64,000 nucleotides of DNA from Chiloscyllium plagiosum (GCF_004010195.1 NC_057711.1:71812521-71876520); one strand, 5' to 3'; positions 12,780-24,330 are shown, counted from the stretch's first letter. Notes: a model not told the origin generated them from the letters alone. Program-made: numbers and translations.

Positions 12780-13765
12780 AGTAGAAATAAATTACTGCAG
12801 GAGATGGAATCTGTACTGAAAACAAGAAAATGCTGGAGATCATAGCAGGTCAGGCAGCATCCATGGAGAGAGAGCGAGCTAACATTTCGACTCTAGATGA
12901 CACTTTATCAAAGCTGAAATATGAAGGGGGCAGCATTTATGCTATAGTTTGGGCAAGAGAGCTGAGAGTAGTGGGTGTAGGGTGCCAGCAAAGAAAAGAT
13001 GTTCAGAGTTCAGATTAAGTGTCAGAATGGCAGAACGATAGTGTGTCTCCTGCCTGACTTGGACCCAGTATGGCGTACTCCACACTGGAGAAACCAAAGA
13101 CAGACCGGGTGACCACTTTGCAGAACAACTCCGGTCCATGCACAAGCAGGACCCTAACTTCCCATGGCTTGTCATTTTAACACAGTGCCCTGCTTACATG
13201 CCCTCATGTCTGTCCTCTTACACCCACCCCCAGTCCTGAAGAAGGGTTACACCTGAAATGTTGACTCTCCACCCCTGATGCTGCCTGGATTGCTGTGTTC
13301 TTCCAGCCTCCTGCTTGTCCATCTTGGATTCCAGCATGTCTGTCCTCGACCTGCTGCCTTGCTCCAGTGAATCACAGCACAAATTGGAGGAACATCATCT
13401 CATCTTCAGACTAAGCACTTTACAGCCTTCTGGGCTCAATACAGTATTGAGGTCAACACCTTCAAATTGTGAATGTTTCTTCCTTTTCTTTTATCATGTC
13501 CTCCCCTCCCCACATCCTACTTTCTGTCCTTTCAAGTCTGGCAGGAGAACACACTATTGTTCTGCCTTTCTCACATTTCAATCGCTTAATCTGAACTATT
13601 AACACCTTTTCTTCACTGGTACCCTACAGCCACAAACCCACTCCCCCCACTTCCCACCTCAAACTATAGCATAAATGCTGCCCCCTCCACACTTCAGCTC
13701 TGATGAAGAGTCATCTGGACTGAAAACATTAGCTTGCTGTCTCTTTATGAATGCTGTCTGACCTA
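12780..13765 (+). mobile_element. Penelope-like element of a second family: inverted pLTR, GIY-YIG fragment, pLTR
   Basis: GETKDR..HFAE..KLEEHHLIFRLSTLQPSGLN; inverted arms ~12835-13060 and ~13535-13765; 10-bp TSD ATGTAAATGA at 12770-12779 and 13766-13775. Confidence 0.85.
13218..13334 (+). mobile_element. Solo Penelope pLTR fragment nested in the GIY-YIG coding region
   Basis: CTGAAGAAGGGTTACACCTGAAA hammerhead-like core; 13-bp TSD CATGTCTGTCCTC at 13205-13217 and 13335-13347. Confidence 0.85.
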
Positions 13766-14996
13766 ATGTAAATGAGGCAAAGTCTGCTTTCAGACCCTTA
13801 GTAAAGGAGAGTGGTAATCCTGAAGCACCCTGGTCACCTTCCTCAGTGTGTTACTGACAGAGACCTGCAAAGTGTGTGGAAAAATTGGAGTGCATGAAGA
13901 AAAAGAACGGAGAGTCATAAAAATGCCATTATTTACTGTGTTGTGCAGGTGTTACCCATGTCATTGTGATAAAAGTCACATAAAAGCCTGCATTTGTAGA
14001 TTCCCCAAAGGCCCATTCAATTAAAATGGTAAGTAACTCAGCCTTACAAACTGCACCAGATTCCAGGCATGATTCTCAGGGCTGGATTTGAAGTGTCCTG
14101 CTGGGTATAATTTCACGAGACGGGGCACGCAAAACATATCAGCTGGATATCCCACCAGCATCCTACCTCCGCCTGAGAAAACCTCCATCATGGGTTAAGT
14201 GGGCAGGCGCTGAAATCAGCAGCCCACCTGGTATTTGTAAATAAATAATTAAAGGTCTTGTTGACAAACCCCTATCGACCAAGATAATACATTGTGTATG
14301 CTGGGGCAGGTAGGCAAGAATGGTCTAGATGTAAAAAGATGAGAAATAGAGTGACCTCATTTAAAGGGTGCTGTTCAATCTGATCGGTTGACAGCAAGTA
14401 AGGATGGGTCTTCATCTCACTGAGGGCAGAGGTCTGACAATTCACCTCATTAACCACCTGAAGTGAGCTGGGTGGGTTTCTTCTGAGCACTTTTGTCTCT
14501 ATGGCTGGGGAGGGTAGGGGAGGTATAGCTGACCAGTCTCAACCTTCCATATCATCTGTAAATATCTCGAAAATACATGTCTTGCTTTGTGCTGTGTTCA
14601 CTGGGTTCAGCCAGGACAGAAATCTGACATTCTATTGATCAAAATGCTCCTGACAGAGGTAAAATAAAACATTCTGGATTCTGTTCCTGATTCCTGCCAG
14701 GTCTGTGTCAGATAAATTAGAATCAACTTGGTAAAAGTGAGGACTGCAGATGCTGGAAACCAGAGTTTAGATCAGTGGTGCTGGAAAAGCACAGCAGGTC
14801 AGGCAGCATCTGCAGAGCAGGAAAATCTACGTTTCAGGCAACAGCCGTTCATCAGGAATAGAGGCAGGAAGCCTCCAGGGTGGAGAGATAAATGCGGGGG
14901 GTGGGACTGGAGAGAAGATAACAAAGAGGTTACCTCTTTGCTGTCTTCTCCACAGGAGAAAGTGAGGTCTGCAGATGCTGGAGATTTGAGGTCGGG

Positions 14997-16019
14997 GTGG
15001 AAGGAGTAGCCATGGGCACCCGCATGGGCCCCAGCTATGTCTGCCTCTTCGTAGGGTATGTGGAACAATCCATCTTCCGCAACTACACTGGCCCCACCCC
15101 CCATCTTTTCCTTCGCTACATTGATGACTGTATCGGCGCTACCTCGTGCTCCCACGAGGAGGTTGAACAGTTCATCCACTACACTAACACCTTCCACACC
15201 GACCTCAAATTCACCTGGACAGTCTCGAACTCCTCCCTCCCCTTCCTAGACCTTTCCGTTTCTATCTCAGGCGACCGAATCAACACGGACATCTACTACA
15301 AACCAACCGACTCCCACAGCTACCTAGACTACACCTCCTCCCATCCTGCCCCCTGTAAAAACGCCATCCCATTCTCCCAATTCCTTCGTCTCCGCCGCAT
15401 CTGCTCCCAGGAGGACCAGTTCAAAATACGTACAACACAGATGGCCACCGGCGGGGCTCAAGGGCGGAGGAGCGGGAAGTGGGGGAGATGCGGTGGATAC
15501 TCCCTTGTCAGATCCACACCCCCCACCGCCCCAACCACCACTCCCGGCACCTTCCCTTGCAACCGCAGGAGGTGCAACATTTGCGCCCACACCTCCCCCC
15601 TCACTTCTCTCCATGGCCCCAAGGGAAACTTCCATATCCGCCACAGATTCACCTGCACCTCCACCCACATCATCTACTGCATCCGCTGCAGCCGGTGTGG
15701 CCTCCTCTATATTGGGGAGACAGGCCGCCTACTTGCGGAGCGATTCAGAGAGCACCTCTGGGCCACCCGGACGAACCAACCCCACCAACCTGTGGCACAG
15801 CATTTCAACTCCCCCTCCCACTCCACCGAGGATATGCAGGTCATTGGACTCATCCACCGCCAAACCACAACAACCCGGCGGTCGGAGGAGGAGCGTCTTA
15901 TCTTCCGACTGGGAACCCTCCAACCGCAGGGGATGAACTTGGACTTCACCAGTTTCTTCATCCCCCCCCCCCCCCCCTTGTCTCAGCCGAATCCCTCCAG
16001 CCCGGCACCGCCTTCCTGA
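14997..16019 (+). CDS. Penelope-like RT C-terminal half + GIY-YIG endonuclease (5'-truncated, internally rearranged, frame open)
   Basis: GVAMGTRMGP, RYIDD, LPFLD, YYKPT, CNRRRCNIC, IIYCIRC..CGLLYIGETGR..RFREH, EERLIFRLGTLQPQGMN. Confidence 0.92.
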   Translation: MEGVAMGTRMGPSYVCLFVGYVEQSIFRNYTGPTPHLFLRYIDDCIGATSCSHEEVEQFIHYTNTFHTDLKFTWTVSNSSLPFLDLSVSISGDRINTDIYYKPTDSHSYLDYTSSHPAPCKNAIPFSQFLRLRRICSQEDQFKIRTTQMATGGAQGRRSGKWGRCGGYSLVRSTPPTAPTTTPGTFPCNRRRCNICAHTSPLTSLHGPKGNFHIRHRFTCTSTHIIYCIRCSRCGLLYIGETGRLLAERFREHLWATRTNQPHQPVAQHFNSPSHSTEDMQVIGLIHRQTTTTRRSEEERLIFRLGTLQPQGMNLDFTSFFIPPPPPLSQPNPSSPAPPS

Positions 16020-16170
16020 CCTGCAGTCTTTTTCTTGACCTCTCCGCCTCCATCCTACTCCGACCTATCACCCTCACCTTGACCTTTTTCCACCTATCAC
16101 ATTTCCAACGCCCCTCCTCCAAGTCCCTCCTCCCTACCTTTTATCTTCTCCTGCTGAACACTCTCTGCTC

Positions 16171-16206
16171 ATTCCTGAAGAAGGGACTGTGCCCGAAACG
16201 TCGAAT
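16171..16206 (+). ncRNA. Minimal type I hammerhead ribozyme motif in the pLTR
   Basis: ATTC-CTGAAGA-aGGGactgtgCCC-GAAAC-GTC-GAAT: stem I ATTC/GAAT, intact core, GUC cleavage triplet. Confidence 0.8.
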
Positions 16207-17482
16207 CTCCTGTTCCCTGGATGCTGCCTGACCTGCTGTGCTGTTCCAGCAATAAAGTTTCAACTGTCTTCTCCACACCCCCACACCCCCACCCCATTTA
16301 TCTCTCCACCCTGGAGGCTTCCTGCCTCTATTCCTGATGAAGGGCTGTTGCCCGAAACATCGATTTTCCTGCTCCTCGGAAGCTGCCTGACCTGCTATGC
16401 TTTTCCAGCACCATTGATCTAGAATCACGATGGATTTGGCTATGATACCCTATGATCGCACAGTTTGACCGCACTAAACAAATACTTAACTGCAGTGAGA
16501 TCTCAGATTGTGCTCTGCACTTGTGCAGCTGAACCCCACAATTCAACGGCTTCAGGAGGGAAAGGGAACAGGGGTGAAAAGTGGCATGAAAACAACTAGG
16601 AAGGAAACAAGTAATCTGAGAACTAAATCAAAACAGTTTCAGAATAGTGATATGAAACTGGCCTGGTCACTGCAGTAAAATCTCAAAAGGTATCGGGTAT
16701 ACCTTGTGAAGGCTTGTTTGTGTGGTGCATAAATGCTAGTCATAGTCATAGAGTCATACAGCTGTACAGCATGGAAACCCTTTCGATCCAACTCAACCAT
16801 TCCAACCAGATATCCTAAATGATCTAGTTCCATTTGCCACCATTTGACCACAGCCCACTAACCCTTCCTATTCATATACACATCCAGATGCCTTTTAAAT
16901 GTTGTAACTACCTCTCGCAGCTCATTCCATACACCACCAACTGTGTGAAGAATTTGCCCTTTAGGTCCCTTATATATCATTGCCCTCTCACTTTAAGCCT
17001 ATGTCCTCTAGTTTTGGACTCCCATACCCTGTAATCAGTCCTTGCCTTTTCAAATCTAATTCCAGTCCCTTAGAATGCCCTCCAGCAACTTACCCACCAC
17101 TGTCACTGGGCTCACCAGTCTATAGTTCCCTGGCTTTTCCTTACCACCTTTCTTAAAGATTGGCCACCATCCAGTCTCCTGGCACCTCACTTGTGGCTAT
17201 CAATGATACAAATATCTCAGCAAGGAGCTCAGCAATTACTTCCCTACCTTCCCACAACATTCTGGGATACACCTGATCAGGTCCCGTGGATTTATCCAAT
17301 GCAGACCTATTAAAATGCACAAGGACTTCCTCCTCTGTATATGGACACTTTTCAAGATATCACTGTGAAATAAGTGCACAGTGTCACCAAGGCACCCTTT
17401 ATTCATTAGCTGTGGCCAGCAGCTTGGTGTCAATTCTCAACAGAGGAGATTCTAATCTCCTGGTTGTATTGAATGTGCCTCA

Positions 17483-17661
17483 TAGATAGAATCGTAGGAT
17501 CCCTACAGTGTGGAAACAGGCCTTTCGGCCCAACAAGTCCACGCTGACCCTCTGAAGAGTAACTTACCCAGAACCATTCCCCCTATCGTATATTTACCCC
17601 TGACTAATGTATCTAACCTACATGTCCCTGAACACTATGGACAACTTAGCATAGCCAATTT
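17483..17661 (-). mobile_element. HE1-like SINE 3' fragment
   Basis: Matches the 3' half of the other HE1 copies (26.2k, 53.8k). Confidence 0.8.
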
Positions 17662-17676
17662 ACCTATTGGTTATAT

Positions 17677-17957
17677 ATTTTTTATTTTATTTTATTAAAC
17701 AAATTACAAAACAGTTTACAAAAAAACAGTTAACATTTACAGCTGTATACAACAGCAATTTTACAAGGGAGAGGAGCAGCAAAGCCAGGCCCCAAACCCT
17801 ACCGTTCAACCAGTTTACAGGGAAATGAGGACAAACCTCAAATCCCAGTTCCACATATAAAAGACAGTGACAATGACATTTATACATAAAAGGACAATCC
17901 AGTTACATAACAGAAAAAGTGCATACAATACAGACCTAGCAAGCCTCCATCCCTCCC
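17677..17957 (-). mobile_element. Poly(A)-tailed retroposed insert (L1/Tx1-like 3'UTR or processed-transcript fragment)
   Basis: 15-bp TSD ACCTATTGGTTATAT at 17662-17676 and 17958-17972; (AATAA)n/A-rich tail on the minus strand. Confidence 0.8.
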
Positions 17958-19351
17958 ACCTATTGGTTATATTGGTCAGCCAAGGCTTTCTGATTGGCAT
18001 AGGTTAACAACCTCAAGCAAGCACTTCGTAGTTGACAAGGTCAACCTGATCACAATCACTGCATCCTATCTATTTCTCCAAGTTCTCTAGCTTCCATACC
18101 CTTCTCCACGGTAAATACTGACATGAAATACTCATTTAGTATCACACCCATCTCCTGCGGTTGATTACTGAAGTGCCCAATTCTCTCCCTAGTTACTCCT
18201 TTGCCCTTAATATTGTCCAGTGTGGGTCTAAAGGCCTGTGCCTGTATTCCTGAGTCTGTATAACCCAGTAAAAGTCTCCTTTTAGTGCACTCATGTGACT
18301 TTCCAAGAAATATTAAAGAAAATAAATCTTCACAGCATGTTTATATCCATCTTATATTGATCACAAAGGAATACTTATCATCTAGTGGACAATTTAGATT
18401 GGAAATGCAAAATATGCTCATACAAATATAGGTCATATGCCGGATTTTGGAATTCCATATCTTTGGTTATTCAGATGAATCACTTATCCGTGAATCTTTA
18501 ACACTTCAACCTGACCTTAAGGGAATATGTTGACTGTGCTTCTCTTCTGATTGAACTTTCAAATATGCAGCCTACAAATTAACTGCATTGTCTACCATTT
18601 TGTTTGTACACAGTCTGCCCATGGCATTTTGACCAGGCCAAATCCCAAAGTGGTTATAGAATCACAGATCTGTTATGTTGAGAAGGAGGCCAATCAGCCA
18701 TCTTGCCTGCACTGTCTAAATGAACGTAATGACATAGTGCCACTTGCCTGACTTTTCCCTGTAACCCTGCACATTGTTTCTCATCTTATGTTTCCTTGGA
18801 TGCCTCAATGGAACCTGCCTCCTCCAAATTTCCAGTGAATATGTTCCAGATCCTCACAACTTGGGGCAAGGTTATGAGAATCCTTTTTCTCACACCACAT
18901 TTAGCTCTTCCAATTTACTTAAATCATTTTTGACCTTTGCATTGACTCTGTCGAGGCCCCAAATGATTTGGTAAACGTCTATCTGTTACCACCCACTTGG
19001 GACAGTGCACTGATTCTCAAGCCCAACAACATTCAGGTTCACACCAAATGTCAATGATCTATTCAAGACACACAAAGGCACCAATTTACTTGTCAGATGA
19101 AACAAGTCACAGAAAACACTGACCAGGTCCCTGTATCTAATAAGAATGATTATCATTTACAAATAGAGAGCAAGTACGATGGGTCAAATGGCCTCCTTCT
19201 GCACCATAACAGGTCTGTTCAGCTACCCAGGAACTAATCAGAAGATTGTTGTCAGGCTGATGACCTTTAGCATCCATGACTGGTTACAATGGCACAAAGC
19301 AATTTTCTGCCCTAATCTCTCTCTGCATTGTGGTCAGATGACCTATGACCT

Positions 19352-19470
19352 AGGAGAAAGTGAGGACTGCAGATGCTGGAGATCAGAACTTAAAAATGTG
19401 TTGCTGGAAAAGCGCAACAGGTCAGGCAGAATCAAAGGAGAAGGAGAATCGACATTTCGGGCATAAGCCC
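19352..19470 (-). mobile_element. Partial solo Penelope pLTR
   Basis: GGAGAAAGTGAGGACTGCAGATGCTGGAGAT tail; truncated inside the hammerhead stem II (TTTCGGGCATAAGCCC). Confidence 0.85.
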
Positions 19471-20769
19471 GACAGTATTTATGCAAGCTAGGCCTTGGGC
19501 AACCAACCTTCTGTCAAAACCAGACAGGCCTGGAAATGCCTGGCCAGGTGCTAACGGCCACATTGTTTCAGAATGAACCGTTGTTTGTATCTTCAGTGAA
19601 CTTGCTTTGTTAGAAGAATGCTGCACAGCCTAGGAGGCACTCAGCTCATTAGGAAGCCAGAAGCAGAACATTACAAGGACAGCACCTGACAGCCGAAGGT
19701 TCAATACCAAGTTCTGTGACCTCAAAATATGGAAATTATTCACCTAATTTGATCTTCTTGCCTCCACCTGATGCTAGCATTGGACACAGGCCACAGAATC
19801 TTCAAGAAGGAATTATGATGGAGGGAAAAAGAACAACCTGGAGCCCCAACTCTCTCTGCATTTTGCAGCTTCTTCAAAGCTGTCTCCAGAGAGTACCTTT
19901 GACAGGCAGCAAGCTGCCCAACATCTCCAGCTCTGTGTACCTCGTAGTGAGTGTGATCAGAATGACCAAACCTATGCAACCCTAGTGAGATGACCCATAG
20001 ATCAGAACCAATCCTGGATGAGAGGAGAACCCAAACCAACAACCAACCCTCAAATACCGAGGAACAGCTTTTTCCAGCCTTATTGAATGGGTAGTGCAGA
20101 CAAACTGTTCAAATAAAGCAGCAGGGACCTGTGGGTAGGATGTAGTGAATCCTCAGAAGCACGTAGATAGCTACTATTGCAATGAAACTATGTTTATTTA
20201 GAATTTAAATAAACTGTTTACTGAACAGTCCTGCCAAAAGAATGATGCAGTTTAATTAAAGTACAGCAGTAGAGTTTTATAAATATTGTTTTTCCTCGAT
20301 AAGGTGCTCAATAAAGTTGTGTTGGACCTTCTCTTGACTCTTGTCCCCTTTATCTATCTCATTAATGTTGAAAGGGTGACTGCCCTGATCAAGGTTCCTC
20401 AGGGTACATTTCCCCACCCATTTGAATATACACTTCCTGGTCTCTCTATAAAGCAGCAGCGTAAAGACCATGTGCAATAAGTTTCAGTAACTTGTTTCTA
20501 AAAGTGCAATGCTTCTTTCCACAATCCCTTTGACGTTCTGTCCTGTATACCTCAAAGTTTACAATGCTTTCAAGTTTTGTATCATACGCTAACATTGAAA
20601 TTGTCTGTCTATATTGCAATTTTCACTCTCACTTTCTTAAGTACACATATAGGTATCTCAACTGATCCCAATACCTTGTTAAACTTAAGTACTGACAGCT
20701 TATTCAATACCTCATCCTTAACAATTTTGACCTTTCTGCAGACTGAAGTCCCTCCTCTGTCACCATGGC

Positions 20770-21533
20770 CTGGCTAGTATCTGCTTACTTGGTAGAGACA
20801 GGTGGAAAGCATCAGTTAGTACATAAGCAATGACCTCTGTTTCTATGTCTTCTTTGTGGACATGAATCAATCCTGCTCCTCCTTTTGTCACCCTTTTACT
20901 ACTTATATGCCGAGAGAAGACTTTGGGATTCTCTTTTATGTGAACTTTTCTCTTAATCTTTTTTCCATAATTTTTCTTGCTTCTCTCATTTGCCTGTTCA
21001 CCTCCCTATGAACATTCGGTATTCAGTTTAATTCTCAAATGTATTTTCAACATGACACCTGTCATAAACACACGTTTTCTTCTTAATCTTATTTGCTATC
21101 TCCTTTTTCATCAAAGGAGATCTGGATTTGTTTGTTCAACAATTTGCCTTTATTGGGGGAAAATGCCTTGACTGTATCTGATCGATCTCTTCATCGAAAG
21201 TCAGCCATCCTTCAGCCATAATTTTTCCAGTCAACCTTTTGTACCTCTCTATCTGGCCTAACTCTGTTCTTGTTCCATTGAAGTCAGCTCTCCTTCAGTT
21301 ATTTATTCTTACTTTGTTCTTTTCCACCATCATGCCATAACATAGAATATAATGATCACTGTCCCCTAAATGTTCTTCTCCAATTATTGATCAACTAGGC
21401 CCTCCATATTCTGAAGAATCAGGTTTACCTATACTTTGTTTCCAATTGGACACAACATACATAGACATAGAAAACAATTTTCTACACAATCTAGAAACAC
21501 TTGACCCTCTCTGTTCTTAACATTAGTTACCAA
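20770..21533 (-). mobile_element. Decayed CR1 ORF2 (end of endonuclease and linker)
   Basis: FLDCVENCF, LGDSDH motifs on the minus strand. Confidence 0.65.
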
Positions 21534-21881
21534 GTTGGGGGAAAAAAAATACAGGTGTAATGATTGGTGCACCCAGGGAAGGGAGTTTGAGTGGAGGTGT
21601 GGTGAGTGAAATAGAATATAGTTTAATTTAAGACAATGTGAATTCATTTTAATTTAATTTTTATTTAATTTGATTGTAGTTTAGTTTTACTAGATATGTT
21701 TGTTCTGGTAGAATAGCAGATAGTTATCAATAATAGTATTGTGATATGACCTTGTTGTACTACCTCTATCTTTTTGTATCTTGGGTTTTTTTTACATACA
21801 AACATATATATATTTATATATATGTATATGTTGATTTGTAAAAGATTTGAAGGAGTTTCTAATTAAAATATTTTTTTAAAA
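21534..21881 (+). mobile_element. L1-like 3'UTR insert with A-rich end
   Basis: 12-bp TSD ATTAG(T/C)TACCAA at 21522-21533 and 21882-21893; T-rich body ending AATTAAAATATTTTTTTAAAA. Confidence 0.65.
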
Positions 21882-21899
21882 ATTAGCTACCAATTGTCC

Positions 21900-23255
21900 A
21901 TGCATGCCTTGGACGCAATAAATGAAGGATAAATTCAATCCATCAGCCATTAGTCCACTCTCAATCATCAGTGAATTGAGGGAAGGTGTCATCAGCAGTG
22001 CTGTCAAGTGTACCTGCTCAACAATAACTTGCTCAGTGAAGCCCAGTCTGGGTTCCACAAGGGCCACTCAGCTCCTGATCTCATTACAGCCTTGGTTCAA
22101 ACATGGACAAATGAGCTGAATTTCAGAGGTGAGGTGAGAGTGACAGCCCTTGACATCAAGGCCGGATTTGTCTATCTGTAGCACCGGGAGCCCTAACAAA
22201 ACTGGAGTCAATGGGAACCAGAGGGAAAGCTCTCTGCTGATAGGAGTCATACCAAGTACAAATGAAGATGGCTGTGATTCTTGAGGATCATCATGTCAGC
22301 TCCAGACATATCTGCAGGAGATCCTCAGGGTAGTGTACTAGGCCCAACCAACTTCAGCTGCTCATCAATGACTTTCCCTCCATCATAAGGGTCAGAAGTG
22401 GGGATGCTCACTGATGATGGGACAATGTCTAGCACCATTTGCAACTCGTCAGATACTGGAGCAATCCTTGTTCAAATGCAACAATGTCTGGAGAAAATCC
22501 AGGCTTGGGCTGAAGAGTGGCAAGTAACATTCGTGTCACACAAATACCAGGTAATGAACATCTCCAATTATAGGCAATCTAACACCTCTTGACATTCAAT
22601 GATATTATCATTGCTGAATCCAAACTATCAACATCATGGGAGTTACCATTGACCAAAAACTAACTAGACAAGCCAAATATATACTTTGGCCACAAGTAAA
22701 GGTCAGAGACTAGGAATCTTGGAGTAAATAACTCACTTCCTGACTCCAGACAGTCTATCTACCATATACAAGACAAAGTTCAGGAGTATGATGGAATATT
22801 CCTTACTTGACAGGATGAGTGCAGCTCCAACAACACTTGAGAAGCTTGACACAAGGCTTGATTGGCATCACATCTGCAAACACTCATACCTTCTACCACC
22901 AATGCTCAGTAGCAATTGTGCATACCATCTAGTTGATGTCCTGCGGATATTTACCAAGGCTCCTTAGACAGCACCTCCCAAGAGCATTACATCTAGAAGG
23001 GCTGTAGATACATGGGAACACCACCATCTGCAGGTTCCCCTCTAAGACACTCACCATCCTGACTTCAAAAGTTATCACTGTTCCTTCATTGTCCCTGAGT
23101 CAAAATCCTGAAACTCTCTTCCCATCAGCATTGACAGTGTCACAAATGGACTGCAGTGGTTCAGGAAGACAGCTCACCACTTTGTCAAGGGCAACTAGAG
23201 ATGGGTAATAAATGCTGGCCCAGCCAATGATGTCAACATCCCATGTTGCAAAAAT
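21900..23255 (+). mobile_element. Decayed LINE of a second CR1/L2-group family (RT + 3'UTR)
   Basis: VTALDIK, PQGSVLGP, LTDD, IQAWAEEWQVTF; 3' end GGGTAATAAATGCTGGCC; clade not resolved. Confidence 0.85.
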
Positions 23256-23264
23256 ACATATCAA

Positions 23265-23595
23265 GAGAAACTAGTATTTATACAGCACCTACACATGACC
23301 AAGAAAGTGCTTTATAAAATAATCCCTATTGTAATGCAGGAAAAATAGGGATCAATTTATCCACAGCATGCTCCCATAAGCTGTAATATAATCAGTTGTG
23401 ATATTAACACTAGACGCAAGTCCCTAGCACACCAGCATCATGGGATCTTTTAATTCACTGCTGCAGAAAGACCCTCAGTTTAACATCTCATGCTTAAGAC
23501 TTCATGGTCAACAACCTTGCATTTTTGCTCTCAAGTGGGACTTAAATCTAGAATCATGCAATTTAAAGGCAAGACTCCCAGTTGAGTCAGAGCAG
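23265..23595 (-). mobile_element. Old DeuSINE (SacSINE1/AmnSINE1-like)
   Basis: Minus strand ATGAGATGTTAAACTGAGG..AAAAGATCCCATG..GGGAGCATGCTGTG..CCTGCATTACAA resembles the recalled Deu domain. Confidence 0.6.
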
Positions 23596-24330
23596 AAACA
23601 CAATGGTATCTTATCACACATGCAGTTCAACTGCAAAAATATTATTTGATGCTTATGATGACTGGAAACTGAAAATATTTAATTTGTAGTTGAAGGAGAT
23701 GAAATTGTGTTTTATAATTGAGAGTTCAACTTTGGTTTTGTATTGAATTAGTGCTAATGCTAGTACTGCTTGCTCCCAGTTCATGGACTTCATCCAGTTA
23801 GCACAAGCACAAAAGGGAAACTTGCCAGATTTGTTAAGATCAGTGGTTACTTATTACTGTATCTTCTTAGCTGCCATTCTTAGTGAATCTGACATGTCTA
23901 TTGTTGCTGCTGCTGTTGGCTGCTCAGGGCCCATCTGTAGGAATCTAATGGCGCTAACACAGAAAAACAGCAACAGAAAATAGGCTCTGTGTTGAATATT
24001 GGTGCATGGATGCAGCAACTGAACGATATTAAAATAGAAATCACAGTGATTTGTCCCTTCTAAAGCTCAATTTTAAGACTGCGCTTTGAATAAACCATGG
24101 TGCCTGAAGGAATACAATGAACTACTGACAGTTGCAATTAAATAATTTTACGGATTGATTATGCTCAATAAATGGAAGTGACAATTTTGTACAATGAAGG
24201 AAAAAATACAATTCAGAATCAACTTGCAAATACAACAATAAAGACCAAAATCTCGATTCATTTATTTTGTTTTAGTGATCAGTCAAAGAAACAATGCAAA
24301 AGTATAATGGTTAGCATAATTCAGTAAATA

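Larger units (their letters stand above)
14955..16263 (+). mobile_element. Young 5'-truncated Penelope-like retroelement nested in the fold-back element
   Basis: 14-bp TSD CTGTCTTCTCCACA at 14941-14954 and 16264-16277; inverted pLTR tail at 14955-14985; pLTR ~16020-16263. Confidence 0.95.
14726..16419. mobile_element. Fold-back ORF-less Penelope pLTR element (~370 bp without its insert; arms 14726-14930 and 14932-14954 + 16278-16419)
   Basis: Arms are reverse complements about an axis at 14931 (CAAAGAGG-TTA-CCTCTTTG); 8-bp TSD TAGAATCA at 14718-14725 and 16420-16427. Confidence 0.9.
14570..16580 (+). mobile_element. Old AmnSINE2-like SINE split by the Penelope insertions (14570-14725 + 16428-16580)
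   Basis: TGTGCTGTGTT..CAGCC..TGTTCCTGAT before the insertion and GGATTTGGCTATGAT..CTTCAGGAGGG after it resemble the recalled consensus; highly diverged. Confidence 0.45.
17364..18063. mobile_element. Probable short solo LTR (TG...CA) inside CR1, itself carrying HE1 and L1-like inserts
   Basis: Begins TGTGAAAT and ends ATCACTGCA; CR1 resumes colinearly on both sides; TSD unclear. Confidence 0.45.
16738..18215 (-). mobile_element. CR1/HER1 LINE (internally deleted), interrupted at ~17364-18063
   Basis: CATAGAGT tail; GNYRLVS and GPDQVYPRML region; colinear with the 42.7-44.2k copy. Confidence 0.85.

Noticed and set aside
13949..14034. Exon-like segment (TGCAG|...AATG|GTAAGT)
   Set aside because: Stops in all three frames and no supporting neighbouring exons; could only be non-coding
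15479..16231. 250-aa Pro/His-rich ORF and other frames overlapping the Penelope ORF
   Set aside because: Alternative frames of C-rich Penelope coding sequence; no independent domain
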